A DNA stretch of 64,000 nucleotides from assembly GCA_040357565.1 (NCBI GenBank), contig JBDODJ010000026.1. One strand, written 5' to 3'. Below the pieces are notes generated by a model that saw only the letters and a list, made by a program, of their open reading frames with translations, searched no databases and was not told the DNA's origin. The translations under genes were made by a program, and so were the position numbers. Positions 25,001 to 37,992 of this stretch are shown in pieces (position 1 is the first letter of the stretch; each line of letters opens with the position of its first letter). This DNA is from Cercozoa sp. M6MM. Lineage: Eukaryota > Protista > Endomyxa: Ascetosporea.

Positions 25001-25959
25001 CCTGGATAATCTTGTCAGTCACGACACGGCGTGCCATGTTCATCAGAGTCTTGCGAGCACGATCCAACGAGTCCTCGGCCTAGACAAGAGTCAGCATAGT
25101 CAGATACATACACATGTCTGCCTGTGTGCCTTGAAGTAACCTCGATGAGATCGCCATGCGCATCGACGAGTTGTTCGCGCTGATCGACGAGTCGTCTGGC
25201 AGCGGCGGTGCCTTCTTCCTCGGCCCTGGCCAGGTGCATCTGCGTGCGCAGCAGCGACGAGTCCTACCGACACCCAAGAAGACACAGTACAAGGCAGAAG
25301 GAACAAATGAGAAGAATGCGAAAAGTCTCACCTGCTCATCCTGCAGTTGCTCCGACTCGAGCAGATCCGATCGCTGGTCCTGCAGACAGAGGTAGATACA
25401 CAATGTGAAAGCCAAGTAGTTAAGTGACACTACCTCGTACTGCGCACGTGCCACGTTGTCTCGCTGTCGCTCGCGCTGCTTGGCGCGCTGCAGGTCCTTC
25501 TTCATGGAGTCAAAGTCGTTCTGTAACACTTGGTACTGCTGCGTGTACTTGCGTCTGAGATACCCCAAGCATACAGCATACAGATGTGCTAGCTCGCATG
25601 ATGAAGGAACGAATATACCTGGAAGAAGCAGGCCATGCACGCATGTTCACCTTCATGCGCTGCATGAGTTCGCTCAGTTCGTGCTGTTCATCGCCCTGCA
25701 CATACACACACATACACACACTCGCCCCCCCCCCCCCCATTCAAGTGTAGTCGTACGGCAGCGATCTGCGCACGGCGCTTCTGAGCGGCATTGCCGCTTT
25801 CGAGATCGCCAATGTGTCGGCCCAACTGGCGACTTAACTCGTGGTACTCTGTTCACAAGACACACGAGGTCAGCAAAAAAACAAACAACAAGCAGAACAG
25901 CGATTTCTCCTCTCATGATCATTACCATTCTCAAACTCGGCCCACTCCTCATCGTACAT
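24802..25959 (-). CDS. VTI1: Vti1-like Qb-SNARE
   Basis: Helical N-terminus MYDEEWAEFENEYHEL, SNARE core EEEGTAAARRLVDQREQL...SLDRARKTLMNMARRVVTDKII, C-terminal TM IIIIQLAIIALIAYFKWF. Confidence 0.8.
24931..24998. repeat. Intronic (GT)n microsatellite
   Basis: Directly visible. Confidence 0.95.
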
Positions 25960-26040
25960 CTTGTGTCTACGTGTACCCTATTATCACGCACACTATCTGA
26001 CGACCTAAGGCAGCCGGTGAACGGTGTGCAGGTCCTCGTT

Positions 26041-29000
26041 TTATTTTTCGTCCAAGTCGACTACCTTTGGACCAGGCCAACTCGACTTTACACCACACTG
26101 TATCTGTATGTAACATGAAAGCCAGCGAACGTCTTGTAAATTATTAGTCTTCCGTCTCGAACTCGTCGGCGGCGGCAAGCAAATTCGCCAGCAGATCTTC
26201 GCTCTTGGCCTTTCAAAAAATATGTAACGAGATGGGTGATTCTTAGTGCAAGAAAGTAAAGTACCTTGCTGGTGTCCTCGTCGGGGAACTGCCAGTCCTC
26301 GACGACCTCGTCGAACTCGCCAACACGCTGGGATTTCTCGACTGTCCAAAAATGACACACGAGTTTGGTAAACCGAGCTGGACTTGAGCATGGGAGAACG
26401 CAAGAAGTACCTCGCACAGGCTGCAGTGCAGCGACCTGATCGATCGAACGATCGTCGCCAAAGTCCTCTTCGAACTCGAGCCACATCTCCAGAAGTTCCT
26501 TGCTGAGTGAGTGCACACACGTCAAAATCACAAGGGGAGGGGGTCAAGTAGCTTGAGGACTCGCAGGTACCGCTGAGCACGCGCGTCGGGCGAATCGATG
26601 GTGCGCAGGTGTTCGTTGGCACGCTGCAGCAGCGCACGCGCTCGTTGCGGCTGTTGCGCGTGCTCGACCTCGAAGGCGATGGCAGCCTGTGTTGGGATAG
26701 GGTAGGGTAGGGTAGGGTAGGGTAGGGTAGGGTAGGGTAGAGATGGGGTGGTGGGGGTACCTGCCAGACACGCAGGTGCTTGGAGCGCTCCAGAAGCTGT
26801 TCGAAGAGCTCACGCGCCTGCTGCTCGCCCTCCTGCTTGGTGGGTGCGTGTGCGATGGCAGCGTCGATAGCGGCCTTCCACACGAGTTCCGGTGCATCCA
26901 GCACGGCTTGCTGCATGGCGAGCGACAGGATGCCCATGCCTCGTTCCTACCGGCGCAGGGGGGTAACAAAGGATAGGTGACTGATCCTACTCTGGTAGAG
27001 GTGTACCTGCTCGCCCAGCTGCTGCTCGAACTCGGCGTAGCCGAGCCAGGCCTCGGAGGACGACGTGTCAGTCTCGAGCCATTTCTCGTACAGACGGCGC
27101 GCCCGGTCGGCGCAGTGCAGTCGCGTCTCCATGTCAATGTAGCTACTCAACACATACATAGGGTACCAACACAGAGGGTACTCGCAAAGCACAGTCAATA
27201 AGGCAAAGGGCACCCTCGGAACAACGAGGAGTTCTCGCGCTTGCGTGCCTCGGGCAGTTTGTCGCTGGCGAGACGACCGATGGCCTGGCCCAGTGCGGCA
27301 CGTGCCTGTGAGGGTGCAACCATGCATACTATACATGCTCTCAGAGACTCACACATAGAGGCTCAACACACCTGCGACAGGTTGCCGTGACGCACTTCGA
27401 AATGAGCGTACATGATCCTGCACATTATTCATTATTCAAATAGGCAACAGAGGGGGTAGGGGGGTAGGATAGCTGTACCACAGTCGCGGCAGCTGCACCG
27501 TGTCGTGCGGAACTGTGTCGAGTGCGGCTAGCCAGACCTAGTACATATTAAACATATTGACAGCGCAGGCACAACAGAGTACGAACACACCTTGCGCGCA
27601 CGCTCGGCATCGCCAACACTGAGTTCTTCAAAGATGGCGTACCGCAGCCTGTGTGGAGACAGAGGAAGGTAAGGTAGTTAGGTACGGGGGGGGGGGGGTA
27701 AACCAAGCACGCACCACAGCCAGATGTAGCGCTTCCACTCGCGCAGATCGCTCGTGTCGGGCACGTTGGCCACAGCCTGCTCGTAGACCTCGCGCACGCG
27801 CGCAATTTGCGTCTCTCGCTCGGCCTTGCGTTGCTTGGCTACAGATAGGGACACACCGTACAAGCGTACCCTCCAAATACAGTACAGCCCACACAGTACA
27901 GTCCACACAGTACAGTCCAAATACAGTACAGTTCACACAGTACAGTCCACACGGTACAGTCCAGATAGTAGAGTGCAAGCAGGACATACCCTCATGCGAG
28001 GACAGGTGCGACAGGTCGGTGATGTCGTCCACGAGTGACTGCTCGAGACGTGCCCAGTCGAACCACACGTCGTAGTCCTTGCGACTGTCCTCGGTGGCCT
28101 TGTCGCCCAGCAGCGTCTCCTTCAGCTCGAACCGTCGCTGTGCTGCCAGCACCTGTCGAGTGGGAACACATACCAATCCTAGAGTGAGAGAGAGGTAAGA
28201 ACAAGGGGGTAAGGCACCTTCTCGACGTAGTGCCGGTCACCGTGCTGCTTCTCGAACGAGGCGTACTTGCGGAAGACCTCCTGCGCCTGCGACTTGGGCA
28301 GCGCGTCCAACGCGAAGCGGTAGATGCCGCGTGCGCGTTCATACTCCTTGGCTTCCTTCTCCAGGGCCGCGTAGGCCAACTGCAACCACAGTCAGCATTG
28401 TTAGCATGATGGTGGGGGATAGAGGAGAAGGGGGTCGGTACCAGGATGTCCTTGTCGTGCGCAGGGTTGCGGCCGCTCTTCTTCTCCTTGCCGTTGTCCA
28501 GCGCATCCAGTGCCGTGGCGAACACGCGACGAGCCATTCCTGCACCCCCCCATTGTAGTTCATCCAGAGCACACAGAAGTCAAGGAGGTCAATCAGGTCA
28601 ATAAGGCTTAGATACCGAACTCGCCCTGACGTCTCTCGTATCGCGCCCAGTGCAGGAAGGCCTCCTTGGTGTTGTGGCACGCCACATAACGTTTGTACAC
28701 GTCACGCACACCCTCCAATCGCTCTAAGGTACAGGTAGACATTATGGTCAACTTAAGGCGGCAGCTGGGAGGAAGATACCATGTCGTCGGCCAGAGGCAC
28801 GCTTCATGAACTTGATGTAGGTGAGCCACGCATTCGACTCGGGTCGCCACCTGCAATATACACAGGTGTATCAGTCTCACAAGAAGGCATATCACAAGCT
28901 ACTTCATCCAGCGCTCGTAGACGTTGCGAGCGCCCTCCCAGTTGTCCAGCGTGACCTCCAGGTGCGCGTACTTGTACCACAACTGGTCCACCTGTATGAC

Positions 29001-29977
29001 ACAAATATACATATATAGAAATAACATATATACAGGAGAGTATTAAGTGTGCGTTACGCGCGGCAACAACGACACAGCGCGGTCGAACACGTTGCGCGCC
29101 AGGTTGGCATTTTTCGCTGCGAGAAACCAAAACACACAACATATCGTGTGTGCATCAGAACATACGGGACAACCTACTGCGCATCTCCATCTCGGCATAG
29201 CGCGTCCAGATGTGCGAGTTCTCGCTGTCGATTTCGAGTGCACTATTGGGACAGATATAGAGGCAGTAAAACACCGATGAAGCAACAGTGCCTGGCGAAA
29301 GAAAAACAGTACCGCTCAAAGACAGAGCGTGCGCGGCGGAACTCCTTCTGTCGCTCTTCCCAAGCGGCGTACTTGAGCCAGGCGCCAATGTTCTGTCGCT
29401 CTTTACGCACGGCAGCTTCGAAACCTTGTCGTTTCTGCTGCTGGTACATGGCCAGTTCCTGCACAGAACATCCAGAATGATGCGAGAGATATACAGATAG
29501 AACTGGTAAGTATAGGCACCTCTTGATCCATGATCTTCTGCTCGGGCATCTTCTGCTGGCCCATCTCTTCGCGACGTTCCTGTTGTCGTTGACAATGCTG
29601 TGAATGCACAGACACAGTGATAGGGTCAAGAAGGCTACCATGGCTTCGCGCACGAGCTGCTCCGCCGTCACCTGTGCCGACGCGGCTGAGCGGTTCGACA
29701 CCTGTCAAAACCGTCCAAATGCATTGGTGTCGACACACCAAAGAAACAAAGGAAAATTTGTTGTTATGACTAAAGGATCTGAATCTACCTGGCCACGCTT
29801 GCTTCGAGACAAGAGCTGGCGGAACTCCTGCTCGCGCTCCTTCTGCTCGTCCACGAATGCAATGCCAAGTCAAGAGATTGTTTCAGAAGACACGCCAAGA
29901 AACCACGTTACCTCGAGCTTCGAGAGCGCATCGGTGCCGGCGCGACCGATCGTGTCTTGTGCTGGCTTTGCCGACAT
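26041..29977 (-). CDS. CRNKL1: Crooked-neck / Clf1 pre-mRNA splicing factor (HAT repeats)
   Basis: [91 protein letters not shown]. Confidence 0.95.
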
Positions 29978-30372
29978 TGCTGCTAAAAACAGAATGTCGC
30001 ATCATGAAGGCTCTTTCAAAAACCAAGAAAAAAGATACCTGGAAAAAACAAGACTTCCCGTTCGACAAAACAAGAGGCACAAACGGCAGCAATGGCAACG
30101 CCAACGTGCCTGTCTTACTTTTTGGGGTTTGGTGATGCTGTTCGCGCCCCAGAGCCTGAGTACCGGCTCAGCTTCTGTGACGGCTCATCTCGGCTCGAAC
30201 GTATCCCATTTGTTTGGCTTGGTTCAGAAACGTAGAAAGCGCTTGTTCGTGCGAATTTACGTCTGAAGAGTTTACGTTGAGGTGCATTCCGGGTATGGCA
30301 CTATTCTTTTGGTCAAGTGGTCGTCTGGATTTGTCTCGTTGATCGCTTTGCTACACAGGTCGCCTGTCTGCG

Positions 30373-33300
30373 ATGCAGCCCGTGCAACGACAGAGGAGTA
30401 TAAGAGAAGAAATAGGCGCTGTTGATCCGAGTGCTTTGACGCGACGTCGGCGTCGGCGCTCAGTGTCGGCGCACGCACATCGCGTCGGGCAGCGCGAGCG
30501 ACGTCGCTCAGTCCCGAGTCTGCTTCCGCGCCAGCAGGCTGTTCCAGCGACCTGCGATGCGAGCTTGCCAACTCGCGTGCGCGTTGGAGTGCGTGTGCGG
30601 CCTTCCTCCAAGTGTAGTGATGCCGGCGAAAACGAAGACGAGAGTGAAATCGCAACACGCGAAACGGCGGTGTTGTTGCGAAGCAGTGCGAAACACTTCG
30701 AGTTCGACGTTGCTTTCAGCGGAAACTCATCGCAAACAGAGGTGCCTTATTTCATTTTCTACTTTCGGCAAGAGTAACAATCTCTGGTGACTGCAGGTGT
30801 TTGAATCCATGGCAAAGCCGCTGTGCCAGGCCGTGCTGAAGGTACAGAATACACTGGGGGTGTTCTTGCTATACGGAGTTTTCGCAGGGCTACAACGCAA
30901 CCATCTTTGCCTACGGTCAGACAGGCAGTGGAAAGACACACACCATGTTGAACTCTCCAGTCAATGAAGACTTGAGCGAAGGCACTGGCATCATCCCTCG
31001 CGCGCTTCAGTTTCTCTTCGATGCCTTGCAGGGCCGAAGCGCCGAAAACTCGCGGTTCAGCTGGAACGTTCGCGTCTCGATCGCCGAAATCTATCGGAAT
31101 GAAGTGTTTGGTATGTGCAGCCTTGTGTCTAAGCCCACAGCACGCGCAGATTAGATTGGACACAGACCTTCTCGCCAGCGACGAGAACACAGTCGCGAAC
31201 AGTGCCAACAACAGCGTGAACAAGCCGTTGCCATTGCGACAGTGCTCGCAACGAAATGTCGTGTGTGCAGTGGGACAGCGTGAGTTCTCGGTTACGTCGA
31301 CGCAGCAGGCCATGTCGCTGCTGCGAAGCGTACTCTCTCTGTGTTGACTCTGTTCGTTTCATATGTCGACTCCCTTTGAGCAGGCAGAGGAGTCGCGAAG
31401 AACAGCGCACACTGCGTGTAACCGTCATTCTTCGCGATCGCACCTTGTCCTCACCGTTTCGGTGAAGGCAGAGACACCGTCGGCTGCGTCGTTGTCGCAG
31501 TTCAATCTCGTCGATCTCGCTGGCAGTGAACGGCAACGTGTTGCTCAAGTATTCGACATATGTGCGTTTATGGGAAGAAATGCGTGCACAGTGTACAGTT
31601 AGACACCTATGTGTGACAGACCAGTGGACAGCAACTGCGTGAAGCAGCTGCCATCAACTCAAGTCTGCTCGTGTTGGGTCGCGTCGTGCGTCAGCTGTCC
31701 TCACGACGTGCTCAGGGTACTTGACACTTTGACCTCTTTCTGGCAGTGTAGAGACAAAAAGACACTGCGCCTCGATCAGAACACGTGCGATTTCGCGACT
31801 CGGCACTGACGCAGTTGCTGCGACATTCACTCGGCGGCAACGCACTTGTCGCTGTCATTGCGTAAGGCAGTTTATTTATTTTTCCTTGCTGGTGTTTGTA
31901 TGTCCATACTGCCCAACGCAGCTGCGTGTCACCCGATCCAAATGACTTGGTGCACACGACATCAACGCTCAAGTTTGCTGCCAATGCGCGTGACGTGCGT
32001 ATACAGGCCCAGCGTAATTTGGTAGGGCGGCTGACGTGCCATCGGTAAGTATTTAACTTAGAGCTCCTTTGTAGAACACGAAGGAAAAGGAAGACACCTC
32101 GGAGCAAAACCAAGTACACAAATGCATGTTTTTTCTTGTCCTTGGGAGTATCTGTTCCATTTAGAGACTGAGAGAAATGCTGCTGCGACTGGCGAGTATG
32201 TGCGAACTCGACGGTACGCTAGTGCTTTAGTTTCGCAGGACAGTAACTGTACATGAATTAGTATATATGCGCGCAGATGACACTCTAGACGACGAGGAAG
32301 CAACGTGCGATGCGGTGGAACGACAGTGCGCGCAGTGGTGCCACGAACGCAGCTTGTTTCGCGAACAGTCAGAGTCGCTGCAGCAACGAGTCCGCGCATT
32401 GACCAGTCAGGTGGAGCAACACCAAGAGGAGCGAGCCACAATGATGGTACAGCAGTCGATGTCTTTGTGTGCTTAGTGCCTTCCAACGATGTCTTACATA
32501 GAGTGAGGTGAGGCAACTCCGACACACGCTCGATCGAGTGTGCCAAGTAGCCCAACCGCCTCCGAAGCGTCGGTGAGTCTCTCGATTTAGAATATGAGAT
32601 TGCAAGTAGAGGGCCATTTGCATGCGCAGACGAGTGTCGGTGGAATCGGCAGTCGAAGAACTGGCTCAACAGGCGAAACAGTACACGCTACTTCAAGGGT
32701 ACCGTACTTAAAACACCGTGCATACTTAGAGTGAGAATGCAACGATCAATGCTATGTTTGTATAAACACAGTCAAGTGGACAAAGCAGTGCAGCAGTTGA
32801 TGCAACACGCTCAAACTCCTGAATCGATCTTGTTCCGTGCCGATACTGCTGATAGCGATAGTTGCAGCGACAGTCCCAGTGACTTGGCCTCACTGGTGAC
32901 TAACACACTGGCGCACTACCAAGCTGTCGTGCGGGAGGTAAACTTACCTCCTGTCTCTCTTTCTCTTGCACTATGCTGATACACTTTGTACACGTTAGAG
33001 AGAGGACGCCAAGCGCAGAGCGATGGATCTGTGCACCGCACTCGCCGACACGCAACAACAGCTGGAGGCTACGCAAAGGTGTGTGTGTGTGTGTCTCTGC
33101 CTGCGAATTATCATTGTTATCCATGCAGTCCTTGCTTCCGTACTTTAGGAAGAATATCCAACTGAAGAAGCAAGTCGATGGTGCTCAAAAACAACTTGAC
33201 GACGTTTCTGGGTACAGTACTCATCACTTTTGAATTATGGCAAAGTTACCAACAGAGCCGTACGAACACAGTCATCGAAACACACGGCAACGCATCCGAC

Positions 33301-33776
33301 ACGTGCAGCAGCTGCGGCAGAAACTTAGAGAACGCGAATTGCAGATCAATCGACTGGTACGTACAGCATTTTCTGACGAGCAGCGAGCTTTCTTGTCTAT
33401 GCGGTGCTAGTCCTGCCGATGTGACTCTGCACCCTGACCACTGAGCAGGTTCGTGAGCGAACGGCACTGCGCCGACGTTTGTCTAACCCAGTCGATCCGC
33501 ATGCGACTGTTCTTGAGAGTCCATAGCCACGCCACGAGTGAACTCGCCTCGCCACGCCTTGGCCACCGCACTCGCGCCCTATGTTGCTACCTCGCACTAG
33601 CTTCTTCTCGCTCGCTGCAGCCGTTGTTGCCGACGCCGCCGGCGGTTTTGCCATTGCGGCGCCTCGTTGTCCGTGGGTGCGTCCAGGCACTCGATACACT
33701 TGCGCAGGAACTTCTGAGCACAGATATGTTGCGAGATTCGATTTCCGATGCATATCTTAGTGAAGACAGCGACTAA
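30373..33776 (+). CDS. N-type kinesin motor with coiled-coil tail
   Basis: VRVGVRVRP, P-loop FAYGQTGSGKTHTM, switch I NRHSSRSH, switch II LVDLAGSER, FRDSALTQLLRHSLGGN, STLKFAANAR. The 3' end is uncertain (33526 or 33776). Confidence 0.92.
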
Positions 33777-33881
33777 CGAAAAGAAAAGTAAGAATGTACG
33801 GTCGTTTAAATTAGTGTTCGCCCGACGGATGTCTCAATAAACCGAAAGATATGTGTCGCCGTGTCTGTTGGTGTAGCGTAG

Positions 33882-34061
33882 GTCGTGAGGACGTCGATGC
33901 CGCTGTGAAAACGGCAAACTCGGGCTACCTGCAACGGCATGACCCACGACGACTTGTGGATGATGTGCTGCGTGCCTTTGTCGTTATCTACACTAAACGT
34001 CGGTTGCATAGCTGTCTTATCAAGCATCTGGAGGCTCTGTCGATGCAATACGATGGCATTG
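33882..34061 (+). pseudogene. RPA1: Isolated two-exon fragment of the RNA polymerase I largest subunit (bridge-helix region)
   Basis: Removing a 75-nt GC-AG intron (33937-34011) gives [34 protein letters not shown], close to RPA1 [34 protein letters not shown]. No other RPA1 exons are nearby. Confidence 0.75.
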
Positions 34062-34071
34062 GTATGGTCGG

Positions 34072-34229
<158 letters not shown>

Positions 34230-34567
34230 TGTGTCAATTAGACGAGGAAGACCACGTGGCTCTCTGGTCCGAAGCGAGGCTACGATAGCAATTGTATCTG
34301 TGTTACTGGCGGTTGTATCTGTGTCAGTGAAAAAGATGTAAATACGATAGAGAAGTAAGTCAGTTTGTAGAAGCGAAGTGAAGAACAAAACCCTTCTCTC
34401 TACAGCAGCCATGCTTACTTGCAGGGGTGGATATCAGTACTAGCTGCAGAGCAACCTACCAGCTGATGCCAAGCGAAGTAGGTGAGGTTGGGCGCTTACT
34501 GTTAGGCTTAGTGTGCATTACAATGTAGTATTGTAGGGAGCACGACCGGACTGCACTTAGTCTGCAC

Positions 34568-37243
34568 TTAGTCAAAGGCAAAGTCGGAGTCGTCGTCGCC
34601 AATGTCGGCGACGTCGGAGTCGCTCGAGTCGGAAAGAGCCTCGGCCTCGCTGCCAAAGTCGATGTGCTGCTTGCGGTTGTAGTCGACACGACCAGCACCG
34701 CGACGACTGCGCTCGCGACGCGGCTGTTTCTTGAGCGAGCTCATGTTGAGGTCCATGATCTGCTCGTCATCGCTGCACAGCACATCCAGCTCGTCGCCCT
34801 TGTCGTCGATCGCTAATTTCATGCATACGCGCGGATTCAGAAAAACACAAAAAATAAACTGCAAATAAAAAACAATGCTACCAGACAGCGCTTCTTCATC
34901 GTCATCGAGCAGATCGATGAAGCTTTCGTCTTCGTCAACCGTGTTTTTCTTGGCCACCTTTTTCTTCTTGGGTGCCGCCTTCGTCTTCGTCTGTGTCTTG
35001 GTCTTCCTCGCCTTCTTGGCCGGCACCGGCGACGCCTCCATCGACTCGTCGTCCTCGGGATCCACGCCGCCTTGGTTTGAGTGCGCAAACGTCTCCAACA
35101 GCGACATGCCGTCCTCCTCGTCCTCGTCCTTCATCTTCTGCGCATCGCAAAGCGAGAATTTTTATCGAAAAAACAAAAAATTGCCTCAAAAATCGCGAAA
35201 AGTCGCCAAAAAGCAAAATTTCGCTAAAAACGAGCGAGATTTCGAAATTTCGCGCGAAATTCGGTATTTCACTCAAAAACAAGCGAGCTTTCGAAATCTC
35301 ACAACAAAGCGAAATCGAAAAGCTTTACAGCAGGAGCCGGTTTCTTGCTGCGTCCGAACTTGCGGCGCTTCGGCGCCGGCTCGAGTTCCTCGTCGAGCGA
35401 CACCGACGAGGCAAGATCGTCGATGCTTTCGCTCGATTTCGCCTTGCTCGTCGACGTTTTCGTCTTCTTGGTTTTTGTAGACTTGCTCGTCTTCTTCGTC
35501 GCTTTCGTCTCGGCGACGACGCTTTCGATCGACGACTCGTTCGGCAGAGGACTGCCTGCTGTCGACGAGGCCGCCGAGCTCTGCAAAAAACTCGTAGTTT
35601 CAAGACTATTTCACATGCTTTCACGCAAAGCTTTGCCAAAGCTTTGCCAAACTTTGCAAAGCTGCGCAGAATGGATTTTTGCGCGAAGAAAGCTCTGCGA
35701 AGAAAGCTATCGCTACCGAAGCAGAGGAAGCGAAAGAATCAAGCGTCGATTGCGACTTGCGCGAAGTGCTCGTGCTGCCCGCAGTCGAAGTCTACGCACC
35801 AAGCAAAGCTTTCACCAAGCTCATAATACTTAAAGCTAAAACAGCGGCAGTACCTTCTTGGTGCGACGCGACCGCTTCGCAGCCGGCAGTTTGAAACCGA
35901 TCGCAGTCCCCTTGCCTGTGAGCAATATTTATTTTTTTTTGTATTTTTTGCATCCGCGCGGAAGCAAGAAACCACAGGAAACAAACCCATCAACTTCGAC
36001 GACGTCTTTTTCGAGCGTCCCTTGGTCTCAACACGCTCCAATTCGGCCTGTTTGTATTTTCCAATCAGTAAGCAGTCAACGCTGAGGGGTATCCGCGCGG
36101 AAGTGCGAGTCAGTCCGTACCATGTGTCGCTTGATGGCTTCGTCAGCTTCGGCGAGATCGCGCTCCCACAGCGTCTTTTCGTCGGTGCGCTTCAGCTGCA
36201 CACAGACACACATTAGAAAAGCTATGCTTGAGTTGAGTTGAGTTGCTTTGCTTTGCTTTGCTTTGATTTGAGTTGAGTTGAGTTGCTTGTTGAGTAGCTT
36301 TGTTGAGTAGAGTAGCTTCGTACCTCATCGAGCGCGAGTTCGGCCTCGCGACGCTCCTTCATGATTTTCGCGTATCGCTCGGCCGTCAACTAGAGCAAGA
36401 AAAAAGAAGGATGGTATGTTACATGATATGGCTACAGATATGGCTACATACATGGCTACAGAATGGACACACAAAGGGAGGAATGTACGGACGAAATGGA
36501 CATGCGAAGCAGGTAGTCGTAGCCACGTCGCAGCTGAGCCACAGGTGTGTCTGCGATTTCGTCCTCCGACTCCGAGTCGCTGTCCTCTGGCTTTGCCTTG
36601 GCCTGGGGTAAAGGGGGTAAAGGGGGTANNNNNNNNNNNNNNNNNNNNNNNNNNNNNNNNNNNNNNNNNNNNNNNNNNNNNNNNNNNNNNNNNNNNNNNN
36701 NNNNNNNNNNNNNNNNNNNNNNNNNNNNAGGGGGGTAAACAGGGGGGTAAAGCACCAGACAGAAGTAGGAGGCGTCGTCGCCGAGTTTCTGAACGACGCG
36801 GCCGGTGAAGCTGCGATACCAAGGGTGCATCTCCTCCGGCTCCTGCACCACCACGCACACGCAGAGTTATACCCCCTGTCCGAGTTCGCGTGCCGAACTG
36901 ACCGTCCGGGTAGAGCAGGTTGACATTGTTGCTGCCGATGTAGGTCTGTGCCATGCCGATGATGGTGCCCTGTAGTGACTGCTCGCCATGATGATACGCC
37001 GTATGCTCCGACACATAGCCCGCCAACTGTGCCACTCGGATGCTCTTCCTGGGGGGAGGGGGCAAAGGGATAACATGGGGGGTAGAATGGGGAGGTAAAG
37101 GGGGGGTAAAAAGGGGGTAAGTAAGGGGGCAAGTAGTGGGGTAAGACAGGGGGGGGGGGGGAGTAAAGCCGACCCTACTTGTACAATTTGCGCTTGAAAC
37201 AGCCAAACAATATCTTGCGTTGGCCCGGCTTCGAGCCATCCAC
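34568..37243 (-). pseudogene. TOP2: Partial DNA topoisomerase II (C-terminal half only, catalytic Tyr segment missing)
   Basis: [86 protein letters not shown]|LT, LWERDL, then a K/D/E-rich tail. No ATPase/TOPRIM exons upstream. A 100-N gap lies at 36629-36728. Confidence 0.8.
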
Positions 37244-37992
37244 CTGGGGTAGTGCAAAAGTAGACGGTCAGGCGGGTTGTGGATCTCTCCATGAGGTTGT
37301 CAGATAATGTAGGTTGTAGTCATCATCAAGCTGGAAGCTAGCAGGCGCCGCAACGCTGCCTGCGTCACCGCACTCTCGTAGCCCACCGGTGTCATGGGCC
37401 AGACCGGGACAGCAGTGGACTTCCCCTCAAAATTTGGCTCAGACACACAGCATCTAGCGCGTGCCGAGCCAACCTCCACTGCGCTGAAGTTGAAGGCACG
37501 GTCACCGCACGGCGAACATCGATTGGTCACGACCATCGATCTTCCGCCGCCATCGCTTCAGTCTTGCAATGAGCCGGAGCCAGCAGGACAAAGGGACCCC
37601 GACAACCGATCCCCGAACCCTTTGTTGACTGTTGACATCAAGCGCGCGCTCGCGTCGCCAGCGGAGCTTTAGCTGAGGTCTCAAAGCCCTCGCTGTTGTT
37701 ACCACAGGATTGCCAACTCCTTTGTGTTAGCAACAGCGTGCGAAAGCGGCTTTGCCGCTAAACAATAAATCATCTCTGGAGGGCTCAAGTGACCCGGGTC
37801 ACACTTGACCAACCAGCACCTCCTGGACTATCTCCGCTCCGTACAACTGCTAGAGGTGACTGTGGTGGTACCTGCGGCCCCGATCGCCAGATTTGCTCTC
37901 GCGTTCCCCATGACCTGCTTTTTCGTTTTGCTTGTTTTCTACCCTTGTTTTCTACCCTTGTTTTCTACCCAGTCTGTGTTTTGGGCAGAGGC

